Part shown: in pieces, positions 19,789-30,009 of the stretch | How the letters are laid out: every line of letters starts with the position of its first letter | How positions within the stretch are numbered: the stretch's first letter is position 1 | IMG/VR virus record: IMGVR_UViG_2049941000_000903 | Source of the DNA: an uncultured virus (IMG/VR IMGVR_UViG_2049941000_000903) | Taxonomy: Duplodnaviria > Heunggongvirae > Uroviricota > Caudoviricetes | Length of the DNA stretch: 40,775 nucleotides | Strand: one strand, 5' to 3' | Notes under the pieces: model-generated | What the model was told of the DNA's origin: nothing | The model's input: only the letters and a program-made list of their open reading frames with translations | Database searches by the model: none | Translations under genes and position numbers: made by a program

Positions 19789-20559
19789 TTGGATACTCTT
19801 TCCAAGATGACTAACAAGCCCTTTGATTTGATTCCTGATGCTACGATACAGGAGGCAATTGCACAGTGCAGTTACCAAGGCAGGCTCAAGTATGAGACTC
19901 AACTGGTGAAACTGAGTGCATATAAGGATTACTACAATACTCTCAGTGAAGGTAAGAAGATTGTCAGTTCTACGGACATGAACGATGCCGTCGCTATGGC
20001 TGGTGCTTTCCTTGAAAATCCTTACATCAAATCGCTGTGGACTTCAACATCTTCTGGAATAGAACATCTCTACCAGTTAAAGTTTGCTGCCAAGGCAAAG
20101 CTCACAGACGGTAGGGTTGTGTCTGTAAAATGCATGCCGGATAAGCTTGTCGTAGACCACAATGAAAAGACTATCCAGCCTATTGATGTGAAGACAAGTG
20201 CTATGCCTGCATACGATTTCGTGGAGAATTTCGTCAAGTTCAGGTATGATATACAGGCGTCGTTATATACCAATATCCTGAGGATTGTCCTCAACGCGCA
20301 TGATGAGTATAAGGATTATACTATCCTGCCTTATGTCTTCTGCGACATCAGTCGTACTGACATGCAGCCTGTGTCCTATGTCTACGACCCGTGCTCAGAG
20401 GACCAGATTGACGGCTTCTCGTTCAAGGAATACAAGTACAAGGGATGGAAGGAACTCCTTTCCGAGATTCTTGACTACGAAGCCGCCAAAGCTGTTGTTC
20501 CCAAGGGTATTCTCACTGATGAGGCTAATGACCTTATCTCAATACTAAACTCGAAGTAA
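19789..20559 (+). CDS. PD-(D/E)XK exonuclease, C-terminal part (continuation of 1885..2232)
   Basis: KCMPDKL, IDVKTS and YDIQASLY nuclease motifs. Overlaps 2141-2232. Confidence 0.85.
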   Translation: MDTLSKMTNKPFDLIPDATIQEAIAQCSYQGRLKYETQLVKLSAYKDYYNTLSEGKKIVSSTDMNDAVAMAGAFLENPYIKSLWTSTSSGIEHLYQLKFAAKAKLTDGRVVSVKCMPDKLVVDHNEKTIQPIDVKTSAMPAYDFVENFVKFRYDIQASLYTNILRIVLNAHDEYKDYTILPYVFCDISRTDMQPVSYVYDPCSEDQIDGFSFKEYKYKGWKELLSEILDYEAAKAVVPKGILTDEANDLISILNSK

Positions 20560-21581
20560 TGAAACTATACGTATCCAAAGACGGTGTGGATTATTATGGT
20601 TACACACTGTTCGGTAAGAAATTGGACTATCTCTTCGACGGCGCTGAATATGCGTTTGACAGAAGCGTGGCTGAGAAGTTCCGCAATATAGATTGTCTGG
20701 TTGATACTACTCTCAAACCGAAGAAGGGCGCCTCTTTGAATGTCATTCAGGATTGTGCCCTTCCTGTTGCCACCATAAGGAACAGTTATACGATTAAGAG
20801 AGGGTACGACACGGCAGAATACAATGTATTCTCATCGCAGGATGTTTCCGCCTATTGTTCCGTATACCAGATAGTCCTGTATCCTCCGGCAAAGGTTGCT
20901 TATGTAAACTCCGAGGGTCCGAAGATGACTCGTAAGGATCTGGCAGATGTGCTGCAGACCTATGTTCCGCATATACCGATAATGTATGACGACTGTGTCG
21001 TGATAGAGCCGGTGTCGTATTACGTTCACCTGTTCAGGCTGAGGAAGAACATTAACGAGGCGCCTTTCTTCGGACTCTTGGATGGTGTTCTCAAAAAGCC
21101 TTCAGTGTCCTACAACCAGTTGGACCTTACTACCGACAATGTGCTCACTCCAGACACGCTGTATATCATATACAAGTTGGGAACAGAGCCTGTTGACGGA
21201 GAAACGGTGAAGAAACTGGCTATACAGGTAAAAGCCCTCGAGCAGATGAACATAGACCTGTACCCGGGCACTATGACTCTTCTGAATATGGTATTCCGTA
21301 ACGCAAGGAGGACTTCAGGAGAGGAACTGATTAGCACCAGAAGCAGGTACGATAAAGCCACCAAGAGGATTCTTTCCATATCGAAGGACCCTATATCCAA
21401 CGATGATTATGCAATGGGGCAGGCATTGCTTGATATGATTCTCAACATGAAAGATGTCAAGTTCACTGATATGGATGTCCTGCTCAAGAAAATCAAGAAG
21501 TTCAACATCCCGTGGATGGGATTCAACATGTTCTATTCCAACATGGTCAAACTAAGCAAGAAAACGACAAATGGAGCATAA
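20559..21581 (+). CDS. Hypothetical protein, 340 aa, possible distant paralogue of 553..1620
   Basis: Clean ORF with TAATG coupling. Shares xIRNxxxIxRxxDxAxF/Y and LTPxxxxxxxK...YPxT features. Confidence 0.75.
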   Translation: MKLYVSKDGVDYYGYTLFGKKLDYLFDGAEYAFDRSVAEKFRNIDCLVDTTLKPKKGASLNVIQDCALPVATIRNSYTIKRGYDTAEYNVFSSQDVSAYCSVYQIVLYPPAKVAYVNSEGPKMTRKDLADVLQTYVPHIPIMYDDCVVIEPVSYYVHLFRLRKNINEAPFFGLLDGVLKKPSVSYNQLDLTTDNVLTPDTLYIIYKLGTEPVDGETVKKLAIQVKALEQMNIDLYPGTMTLLNMVFRNARRTSGEELISTRSRYDKATKRILSISKDPISNDDYAMGQALLDMILNMKDVKFTDMDVLLKKIKKFNIPWMGFNMFYSNMVKLSKKTTNGA

Positions 21582-21925
21582 TACCAAGATAACCGTGCCG
21601 TTTGTTGATTGCAATTCCGGCATTCCTATGATAGCTGTGAAGGTAGGAGGGATTGATACGAACGCAATCATTGATACGGGTGCTGAATCTACCCTCGCAA
21701 GCGAGGGTATGATTGAGTTGCCCGGGGTATCCGTGGTTGAGGAAGACCTCACTGCTGACTTCACAGGAATCGGTGATTACAAGAAGAACAATATATCCCA
21801 GTTGAATGTTGAGACCACAATCGGTGACAAGGTGTTTATGGTTTCCGGCTATGAGTTCGACATGTCCTCAGTGATTGAGCATTTCGAACTTTACCGTAAC
21901 TATAACTGTACCGTGGCTCTCATTC
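21571..21925 (+). CDS. Retropepsin-like aspartic protease (3' truncated)
   Basis: AIIDTGAESTL catalytic motif, FTGIG flap, ends VALI at the gap. Confidence 0.8.
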
Positions 21926-21935
21926 NNNNNNNNNN

Positions 21936-22334
21936 GGGCCTGGACCCGCACGTGTGCAGTCTTGCGTCCATGCAGTTCGGTTATCACGACTTTCAGACTG
22001 GTAAGAACACTCAGATAGTCGTTGACTGTGGCAGCATAGATCCGTTGCTGTACAGAAGAACGATAGAAGCATCGCATCTTATAGGTCATAACCTTAAGTT
22101 TGACCTGGAGTTCCTGTATAACTTCCACATAGCCCCGCTTCATGTGTACGATACCATGATATGCGAGCAGTTGCTGTATCTCGGATACAGGGCGGGAAAG
22201 GTTACATACAATCTTCATGATGTATTGTACAGATATACCGGAATCGAGCTTGACAAGTCGTTCCAGAAGGACATAGCCAGTAAAGGACTCACTCCCGAAG
22301 GAATACGCTATGCCGCAAACGACGTCGTGCATCT
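21936..22334 (+). CDS. polA: Family A DNA polymerase, 3'-5' exonuclease fragment
   Basis: GLDPH, GHNLKFD (ExoII), YDTMICEQLL and YAANDV (ExoIII). Confidence 0.85.
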
Positions 22335-22907
22335 NNNNNNNNNNNNNNNNNNNNNNNNNNNNNNNNNNNNNNNNNNNNNNNNNNNNNNNNNNNNNNNNNN
22401 NNNNNNNNNNNNNNNNNNNNNNNNNNNNNNNNNNNNNNNNNNNNNNNNNNNNNNNNNNNNNNNNNNNNNNNNNNNNNNNNNNNNNNNNNNNNNNNNNNNN
22501 NNNNNNNNNNNNNNNNNNNNNNNNNNNNNNNNNNNNNNNNNNNNNNNNNNNNNNNNNNNNNNNNNNNNNNNNNNNNNNNNNNNNNNNNNNNNNNNNNNNN
22601 NNNNNNNNNNNNNNNNNNNNNNNNNNNNNNNNNNNNNNNNNNNNNNNNNNNNNNNNNNNNNNNNNNNNNNNNNNNNNNNNNNNNNNNNNNNNNNNNNNNN
22701 NNNNNNNNNNNNNNNNNNNNNNNNNNNNNNNNNNNNNNNNNNNNNNNNNNNNNNNNNNNNNNNNNNNNNNNNNNNNNNNNNNNNNNNNNNNNNNNNNNNN
22801 NNNNNNNNNNNNNNNNNNNNNNNNNNNNNNNNNNNNNNNNNNNNNNNNNNNNNNNNNNNNNNNNNNNNNNNNNNNNNNNNNNNNNNNNNNNNNNNNNNNN
22901 NNNNNNN

Positions 22908-23240
22908 CAAGGACGCACTCGCCGCCCAGCTTGGTATCTACAAGGTGCTCTTCGAGGCTATCAACCCCGACATCAAGGTACGCAACTGTTATTGCCTCCC
23001 TATCAAGAAAGGCAACAAGGATGACATCCTCAAGGACACTTGCAACAAACTCGTGGAGATAACGCCAATGAGTGCCGATACGGTCAAGGCGGTCATCGAA
23101 GCGGAAAGGGACGGCAACTTGTTCCGTGACGAGAGTACCGACCCCACCACCACGGAGGTTGCCAATGTGGTCGAAGGTTTCTTGTCCGTTGGTTTCGGTG
23201 ATGCTATCAAGTTGATAGCCGACCTTACCGCCCAAGTCAA
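22908..23240 (+). CDS. PD-(D/E)XK (YqaJ-like) nuclease fragment, allele 1
   Basis: AAQLGIYKVL (QxxxY) motif. Near-identical to 23251-23501. Confidence 0.55.
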
Positions 23241-23250
23241 NNNNNNNNNN

Positions 23251-23728
23251 CTACTGCCTCCCAATCAAGAAAGGCAACAAGGATGACATCCTCAAGGACA
23301 CTTGTGCCAAACTCGTGGAGATAACGCCAATGAGTGCCGATAAGGTCAAGGCGGTTATCGAAGCGGAAAGGGACGGCAACTTGTTCCGTGACGATAGCAC
23401 CGACCCCACCACCACGGAGGTCGCCAATGTGGTCGAAGGTTTCTTGTCCGTGGGTTTCGGTGATGCTATCAAGTTGATAGCCGACCTCACCGCCCAGGTC
23501 AAGGAGGTAGAGGAAAGCATCGCATCGGCAAAGGAAACCATCTACCAAGAGATGCTTGCCAAGGGTGTTGATAAGTTGGAGATTGACGGCATCACGCTCA
23601 CCGTGAAGAAGCCGTACACCACCAACAAGTTCGACTCCACGGCATTTAAGAAAGACCACGCAGACCTTGCTGAACAGTACACCAAGGAGTCGGAGGTCAA
23701 AGGAAGTTTAATCATCAAAATAAAGTAA
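23251..23728 (+). CDS. Same nuclease, C-terminal part, allele 2
   Basis: Duplicated start. C-terminal coiled coil and KFDSTAFKKDHADLAEQY tail typical of YqaJ-like phage nucleases. Confidence 0.6.
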
Positions 23729-23730
23729 TT

Positions 23731-24036
23731 ATGGCTTACGAACAGAGAAACAACAACGGGTCACTCTTCAAGAATGACCGCAAGCAGAATGACCGTCAAC
23801 CCGACCTCACGGGAACGGCAATTATCAACGGCAAGACTTGGCGCGTATCCGCTTGGAAAAAGACGAGCCGTGACGGAAGCAAGACCTTCTTGTCCTTGGA
23901 GTTTAACGAGCCAACACAGGCTTACGCTCCGCAGAACAATCCGAGGGGTATGCAGCAGACGGGGCAGATGCCTTCCGCACCCGTGAACAACGATATGCCC
24001 GCCTTTGGTGGCGCGGATGATGACCTCGGATTCTGA
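23731..24036 (+). CDS. Putative single-stranded DNA-binding protein
   Basis: GSLFKNDRK..RQPDLTG...VSAWKK core, Gln/Pro linker, acidic DDDLGF tail. Confidence 0.7.
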   Translation: MAYEQRNNNGSLFKNDRKQNDRQPDLTGTAIINGKTWRVSAWKKTSRDGSKTFLSLEFNEPTQAYAPQNNPRGMQQTGQMPSAPVNNDMPAFGGADDDLGF

Positions 24037-24041
24037 CACCT

Positions 24042-24440
24042 ATGGACTTCGTGGTTCACGATAATGCTGAAAGGGAGGTTATTAGGGATTACATATCCCG
24101 CCTCCCCGAAGGCAAAACCTACGATGTGAGCATCAAACTCCATCGTGCAAAGAGAAGTACGGAGGCCAACGCGTTGTACTGGAAGTGGATAGGCATCATA
24201 GCATCGGAAACGGGGAACGAACGCGAGGTCTGCCACAAGTTCTTCGCAAAGAAGTTCCTCGGCTATGACACCAAGGAGTTCGGAAACGAAAAGATTGCGA
24301 TAGTCAAGTCCACGGCAACGCTTGATACGGCGCAGTTCGCCGAGTATATGAACCAAGTGGAGGCTTTCGCTTCCACGGAACTCGGCATCGTACTGCCCAC
24401 CCCCAATGACCAACTTTATTCAATGATGTCCTATGAGTGA
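24042..24440 (+). CDS. NinB-like recombination protein
   Basis: KRSTEANALYW, KSTATLDTAQFAEYM and LGIVLPTP motifs. Confidence 0.7.
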   Translation: MDFVVHDNAEREVIRDYISRLPEGKTYDVSIKLHRAKRSTEANALYWKWIGIIASETGNEREVCHKFFAKKFLGYDTKEFGNEKIAIVKSTATLDTAQFAEYMNQVEAFASTELGIVLPTPNDQLYSMMSYE

Positions 24441-24780
24441 AATGGATGTAGTTCTCCTGCTTGAATCCAAGTGGGTGACAAGAGAAGAACTCCACGACTT
24501 GCTTGGAATACCCGACCGTGCCGTGCGGAGTTACATAGAGGACTTGAACATCAAGTTGCAGAGTTACGGCAAGTGCATCCTCTCAACAAGTTCAAGGGCG
24601 GGATACCACATCCCAAGTCCACACAACGAGGACGACATCGCGGTTGCAAATGCAGTGATAGCGGAGTTGGAGTCCAAAGCGATTTCCATCTTCCAACGCC
24701 GTAAAGCCGTGACCGAGTTCCTTAAATACGCGGAGAGTGCCAAAGCATCTCAAAGGGAGACACAGTTGACACTCTTTTAG
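24433..24780 (+). CDS. Winged-HTH DNA-binding protein
   Basis: VTREELHDLLGIPDRAVRSYIEDL...ILSTSSRAGYHI. Confidence 0.65.
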   Translation: MSEMDVVLLLESKWVTREELHDLLGIPDRAVRSYIEDLNIKLQSYGKCILSTSSRAGYHIPSPHNEDDIAVANAVIAELESKAISIFQRRKAVTEFLKYAESAKASQRETQLTLF

Positions 24781-24854
24781 TCCGCAAAGCGATGGGAGTC
24801 ATAACGTTTAGTGCAACACTAATTTACACATTTTCAATCAAAAAACCAAACGTT

Positions 24855-25601
24855 ATGAAGAAAGTTTTTACACTTCTCGCACTCCTTGCACTTTGCTCGT
24901 GCAACCAAGATGGTGGCGAACTTGACCGCCCCACGAAGTATCACCGCGTGACCATCGGACTCGCACAGTCGCGCCAAGGCGCAATCACGAAAGTGACCGA
25001 TGCCGAGGTACAGGAGGTGCTTACCATCACCCACCTCGAAAACACCCTCACGATGAGGTTGACATCGAAGAAGGATGGGACGGTCTATGCCGTCAACTTG
25101 GGAGAGCCGGTTGACTTGCCCGTGGGTGAATATGCTTTGTTCGGTGAATACTCGCCGACTTGCTTCCGCGAGGCTTATGCCGCCTACCTCTACCTTGAAC
25201 CGCCGTTCTATGTCGAAGAGGACATCACCATCACCGAGGAACAAGATACCTACTATGTGGATGCCAAGTACCTCTGTGCGGCCTTCGTCTTTGATATGAA
25301 AAGCACAAGCAAGGTTGAACACCGTTCCGAGGTACGCACCTACGAGGAATTGCCGTTGGAAGGTGACTTGCCCGTGGTTTACGCAAGGTGCAATATGCTC
25401 AACTCAACGAACTTGTGGACGGTCAAGGTAACATCCACCAATCCACTCTTCGCAGACCCTACGGTGTTCCAACTTAATTGGACGGAAAGCGGAGACGGAT
25501 TGCACGTTAAGGACGGCTATTGGTACTTGCTTGCACCCGACATCCCCGTGACCACTTTCGGAACAATCAATGTGGCTTGGGCCGAGTGGATTAAGGGATA
25601 A
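24855..25601 (+). CDS. Lipoprotein, beta-rich, moron-like
   Basis: MKKVFTLLALLALCSC signal peptide with lipobox, followed by acidic residues. Confidence 0.75.
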   Translation: MKKVFTLLALLALCSCNQDGGELDRPTKYHRVTIGLAQSRQGAITKVTDAEVQEVLTITHLENTLTMRLTSKKDGTVYAVNLGEPVDLPVGEYALFGEYSPTCFREAYAAYLYLEPPFYVEEDITITEEQDTYYVDAKYLCAAFVFDMKSTSKVEHRSEVRTYEELPLEGDLPVVYARCNMLNSTNLWTVKVTSTNPLFADPTVFQLNWTESGDGLHVKDGYWYLLAPDIPVTTFGTINVAWAEWIKG

Positions 25602-25613
25602 CTTAACAAATCA

Positions 25614-25698
25614 GAGGGGAGTTTGGCACGGTTGGTATCGTGCAGTACAACATAATTGGTTTAGGAAACTTGCGAGGGTTCGACTCCCTCCTCCCCTC
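25614..25698 (+). ncRNA. tRNA-like RNA with non-canonical anticodon arm
   Basis: Acceptor AGGGGAG/CTCCCCT, D-like arm GCACG-GTTGGTAT-CGTGC, T arm GAGGG-TTCGACT-CCCTC. No 5-bp anticodon stem. Confidence 0.6.
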
Positions 25699-25726
25699 CT
25701 ACAACACATCTTAATCGCAATAGTTA

Positions 25727-25970
25727 TGGCAAAGAAAAGACTTGACTACGCAACAATCTACACGTTGTTGCAATCGTCCTCGGTCGAAGAGGTAGCCGAG
25801 GTAACGGGCGTTCACATCAAGAACGTGGCACTCATCAAACACATCGGCGATGCCGTATTGGAGGGCAAACCTAAACCGAAGGACGCTCGTACCATTGACC
25901 AATTCTCGCCAAGGGAGTTGATGATGGAACTCGCCAATCGTGGCTATCGTGGGAAGCTGACCTACCAGCA
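25727..25970 (+). CDS. Hypothetical protein, possible HTH (3' truncated)
   Basis: SVEEVAEVTGVHIKNV and FSPRELMMELANRGYRGKL. Confidence 0.6.
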
Positions 25971-26064
25971 NNNNNNNNNNTGAACAAATAAAAGTTGCCA
26001 AAGCAAACAATCTTGCTTACTCACCATTTGAAAAGTTAATTGACAAACTAAACGAGATGTAACT

Positions 26065-26427
26065 ATGGGAAGAAATAAGAAATATAAAGTTGTAGACCGT
26101 ATCTTCTATGAATGTTACGATGGGAGTGTTGACACTGACACCATTATTGATATAGAAGACCAGAGTTACATAACTGAAAGTGGAAAAGAAATTCACTACA
26201 AGTGGTTAGTGCTATGGCGTGATGGTAAAGTCTCAAGTGGTATTGAGAACTATAACTGTCTTTCACCAAGTAATCCTAAGTGTCGGAGTCTCATCCAGCA
26301 ATTTGCCAAATTTGACAAGAAAAGAAACGAGGTAATTGACTCTATCGTAGAAATTATGCTTCCTTGGGAAAAGAATATTCAGGAGGAAATTATAAAGCTA
26401 CTTAAAGTAAAACTATCATTAGAGTAA
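26065..26427 (+). CDS. Hypothetical protein, 120 aa
   Basis: ORF in a tightly packed small-gene array. Confidence 0.7.
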   Translation: MGRNKKYKVVDRIFYECYDGSVDTDTIIDIEDQSYITESGKEIHYKWLVLWRDGKVSSGIENYNCLSPSNPKCRSLIQQFAKFDKKRNEVIDSIVEIMLPWEKNIQEEIIKLLKVKLSLE

Positions 26428-26429
26428 TT

Positions 26430-26762
26430 ATGGAAAAGACTGAATGGAAAGTATTTGAGAAATCCTTGCTTGACAGAGGGTACAGGAAGTGGTTCAGTGC
26501 CAAATACGGCGAGGAAGACTTTGATGTATCCAAGATGGTTAGAAACGGAGAAGAAGATATGTACCAACTTATCTTCAGATTCTGGAACTTTGAACAGTTT
26601 AGAGAAGGTGCAGGATACTCTGTTGACTTTGTAGTTATGCCTTGTATTGACGGCAGAATGGATGCTGTATGCTCAAGTATGAGTAATGGTCTTTCTACAA
26701 ACATAGAGTTTGCAGAGAAGTTTGCCAAGGAGTATTACGAATTTGTAACGGAAAGGATATGA
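26430..26762 (+). CDS. Hypothetical protein, 110 aa
   Basis: ORF in the array with ATGA overlap to the next gene. Confidence 0.7.
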   Translation: MEKTEWKVFEKSLLDRGYRKWFSAKYGEEDFDVSKMVRNGEEDMYQLIFRFWNFEQFREGAGYSVDFVVMPCIDGRMDAVCSSMSNGLSTNIEFAEKFAKEYYEFVTERI

Positions 26763-26884
26763 CAAGAGCGGAAGAAAAAAGCATAGCCTACCAGTTGGCT
26801 ACACACGGTCCAAGAGTAATGGGAGGTGCAAACATCTTGTCCGAGGATGAGTATATGCGTCTCAATATGAATTACGACTTCAAG
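26759..26884 (+). CDS. Hypothetical protein (3' truncated)
   Basis: MTRAEEKS... up to the gap; not part of the polymerase. Confidence 0.55.
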
Positions 26885-26894
26885 NNNNNNNNNN

Positions 26895-27159
26895 AGGCAG
26901 GAAAGGTTACATATAATCTTCATGATGTCTTGTACAGATATACCGGCATCGAGCTTGACAAGTCGTTCCAGAAGGATATAGCCAGTAAGGGACTCACTCC
27001 CGAAGGAATACGCTATGCCGCAAACGACGTCGTGCATCTTCAAGATATACGGAGGTCACAGATGCTCATAGCAAAAGACAGGGACTGTTTGAATGCCTTT
27101 ACGGTTGAGAACAGATTCGTACCGGCTATAGCTTATCTTGAGTGGTGCGGTATCAAACT
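26895..27159 (+). CDS. polA: Family A DNA polymerase, middle fragment (overlaps about 22190-22334 as an allele)
   Basis: YAANDVVHL and ENRFVPAIAYLEWCGIK. Confidence 0.85.
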
Positions 27160-27169
27160 NNNNNNNNNN

Positions 27170-28424
27170 CGTTGACTGGAACAGTCCAAAACAGGTTGTA
27201 CCGGTTCTGCAGAAACTGGGTTTCGATACCAAGACAAAGGATAAGAAGACCAAGAAAGAGAAAGACTCCGCTCTTGAAAAACTTATCGCCACCCAGAAAG
27301 GAATAGCTGATGATTTCCTGGATATATACTTCAAGTATAAGGAGGCTTCAAAATGTGTGTCGTCTTACGGACAAGGTCATCTCAACCAGATTAATCCCAA
27401 TACCGGAAGATTGCACACGGTGTTCAGGCAATTCGGGACCGTAACTGGTAGGATGTCCTCAGGAGAGAGCAAGAGCTTCAACAGGGACCTTGCAAAACTC
27501 AAAGGACTTCCTGATAGCGACGTGTCTTACTGCAATCTCCAGAATCTTCCCAAGGATGCGGAGACCAGAGGGTGCTTTGTAGCGGAGGATAACAATGTCT
27601 TCGTATCCGTCGACTATGCTGCAGAGGAATCCCGTGTCCAAGCTGATGTGTGGAACGAGAAAACTTTGCTTGACTCATTCGCCAACGGCATAGATACCCA
27701 TAACCTCTATGCCAAACTTTGTTTTCCTGACGAACTCAAGGATGTTGATGTCCGTGATGTTAAGAAGCTCAGACCAGACCTGAGGCAGAAAGCAAAGTCT
27801 GCAGAATTTGCTGTCGGATACGGTTCTGACGGAACTTCTATCGCCACATCAATAGGCCTTCCTGTGGACAAGGCAAGGGCTATGGTAACTGGTATACTCA
27901 AAGGTATGCCAGGCATGGCAAAGTTCAAGAAACAGGCTGGAAAGTTCCTTAAGGAGCATGGATATATAGTCATTAACAAACAAACCGGGCATCGTATATA
28001 CTGGCCAGAATGGGCTTATTGGAAGGCCACTGAGGACAGGTTCGACAGGAAGTTCTGGGATGATTATAAGCTTTACCATAAAGGCACTGATGACGAAGTT
28101 GCCCAGATGGTCAGAAAGCACATCTCCATGGGGCACGACTGGTTCGAGAAGAACGTGCTGAACTATCCCATACAGGGGGGCAGTGCAATAGTAATGAAAC
28201 AGGCAGCGGCGGATCTGTTCGAATGGGTTGTCAAGAATAATCTGTTCGGCAGGGTTCTGTTCTGTGTGTTTGTACATGATGAGCTTGACTGCGAGTGCCC
28301 AAAAGAATTGGCTGAGTCTTTCTCCAAAGTTGTTCAAAACATAATGGAGAAAGCAGCGGCAAAGTATTACAAAAGGTTACCAATACCAGCAGACTGCGAA
28401 GTCAGTTCACACTGGGTACATTAA
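27170..28424 (+). CDS. polA: Family A DNA polymerase, polymerase domain (crAss-like)
   Basis: WNSPKQV, TGRMSS, NLQNLP, motif A DYAAEESR, motif B RQKAKSAEFAVGYG, NYPIQG, motif C VHDE. Confidence 0.95.
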
Positions 28425-28427
28425 TAT

Positions 28428-28501
28428 AATCTGCAGGGGAAGGACCAGTTAGAAGTTAAACAGTCATAGTGTTGAGAGTATATTTCCTTCCCTTGCGGAT
28501 T
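28428..28501 (+). ncRNA. Intergenic long-stem RNA element (copy A)
   Basis: ATCTGCAGGGGAAGGA pairs with TCCTTCCCTTGCGGAT using G-U pairs. 28468-28517 is identical to 31076-31125. Confidence 0.55.
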
Positions 28502-28581
28502 TTTAACGGATAGATTANNNNNNNNNNTGGAGGAGACATAGGTATATCCACTACATCTGGAACTTGTAAAAAGGATTAATT

Positions 28582-28703
28582 ATGAGTTTCTGTATTAAAA
28601 AGTACAAAATAGTATATGATGGTAACGATGGTTATACTTACGAAAAATCAATCTATGCTAAGTTTGAAAATGTCTGGGACGGTCAACTATGGGTAAATGA
28701 AGA
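28582..28703 (+). CDS. Hypothetical protein (3' truncated)
   Basis: Follows an allele of the end of gene 32506..32940. Confidence 0.5.
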
Positions 28704-28713
28704 NNNNNNNNNN

Positions 28714-29449
28714 CGGGAAGAACGGCAACAAGCAGTCGCAGTTCAACAAGTTCTACTACACGCCAAAGGAGGTAGCCGCCAAGATTGACCCGTGGATTGA
28801 CAACTACTTGTGGCTCTACAACAATGACTACAACGACAACTACGATGCCCTTGAAGCCGACATCCGCGAGATTGTCACCAAGGAGAACATAGACCAAATC
28901 TTCATTGACAACCTCACCATCTTGGATATAGACGAACTTGACCACGATATATGGAAGGCACAGAAGGCGTTTATGAAGCGCGTACACTATCTTGCTATCG
29001 AACTCAACATCCATATCCATTGTATATGCCACCCAAACAAGAGTGCGGGTTTCTTGCGTATGAACTCCATAAGCGGTAGCGGTCACTTGCCGGACATCGC
29101 GCAGAACACCTTTATCATCCATCGCATCAACCAAGACTTCGACAACTTGAGCAAGGAGTTCTTGGGCAAGGCAACGCGAGATGACATCCTCGCAAGCGGT
29201 TGTACCAATGTGGTGGAGATATGCAAGTGCCGTGACAAAGGGGCGGCTACCGACCACTTCATCAAACTCTGGTTCGAGCTTGAGTCCAACCGCCTAAAGA
29301 ACGATGTTGCGGAGCAGATTCACTACGGGTGGATGGAGCCTTCGGACATACCGCCAGAACCGCCGAGGGGTGAGTGGTCACGCGAGGAAATGGAGAAATG
29401 GGCAACACAACAATCTAACGAGGAGGATATGCCCGATGACATCTTCTGA
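28714..29449 (+). CDS. SF4 (DnaB / T7 gp4-like) replicative helicase, C-terminal part
   Basis: IFIDNL (Walker B), HIHCICHPNK, ISGSGHL..IAQN.FIIHR and ICKCR motifs. Confidence 0.85.
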
Positions 29450-29849
29450 CTTCATAGCACTTATGGCACAAGTCCGCGCCCTTTCGCCACAAGAGAAAGC
29501 GGCACTTCGTGAGGCTCTCGGCATACCCGTCACGCAACTCGTAGCGGACAAGAAACAAGAACACGCGGAGTGGTACATCGGCAAGATGAATGAGATTCTC
29601 GGACACGATGTGCGCTCCAACTCTCGCAACCAAGTCCTCGTCTATGCACGGTGCGTACTCGCCTATACACTACGGCGCGAGAAATACACTTGGCAGGAGA
29701 TAGGACGGTTGCTCGGTGGGAAGAACCACGCGACCATCATCAACAACTACAACCTGATGCAAGATGCGATGGCGTTCCCACGGCAGTACGCAGACCTTAT
29801 GCACATCTATAACAAGTTCAAGACGGCAATAGACAATGACGGAAAATGA
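29436..29849 (+). CDS. DnaA C-terminal-like HTH protein
   Basis: VYARCVLAY...TWQEIGRLLGGKNHATII resembles DnaA domain IV (IGxxFGGRDHxTV). Confidence 0.7.
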   Translation: MTSSDFIALMAQVRALSPQEKAALREALGIPVTQLVADKKQEHAEWYIGKMNEILGHDVRSNSRNQVLVYARCVLAYTLRREKYTWQEIGRLLGGKNHATIINNYNLMQDAMAFPRQYADLMHIYNKFKTAIDNDGK

Positions 29850-30009
29850 CGAGAGCCTTATGGCTCAAGCGGACAACCTTAATGTCACTAACTTTTGGGA
29901 CGGTGACGCACTTAAAGAACAATGTGACTCCGAGGAAGCACGGGCATACATAGACGCGATAATGCGTAGGATGTACCACTACGAGGAGGCAATGAATGAT
30001 ATGATATGA
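29836..30009 (+). CDS. Small hypothetical protein (57 aa)
   Basis: Read manually. Overlaps both neighbours. Confidence 0.6.
   Translation: MTENDESLMAQADNLNVTNFWDGDALKEQCDSEEARAYIDAIMRRMYHYEEAMNDMI

Noticed and set aside
1885..20559. Nuclease gene apparently interrupted by a 17.5-kb element with a ~90-bp direct repeat
   Set aside because: Both ends abut N spacers and the overlap carries SNPs, which fits strain-variant contig ends rather than a target-site duplication.
21571..23286. Apparent protease-polymerase-nuclease polyprotein in the ORF track
   Set aside because: The three parts are separate contigs read through N runs.
21936..28424. Split polA suggesting introns or inteins
   Set aside because: Every break coincides with an N gap and one overlap is allelic. 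No intron or intein motifs are visible in the sequenced parts.
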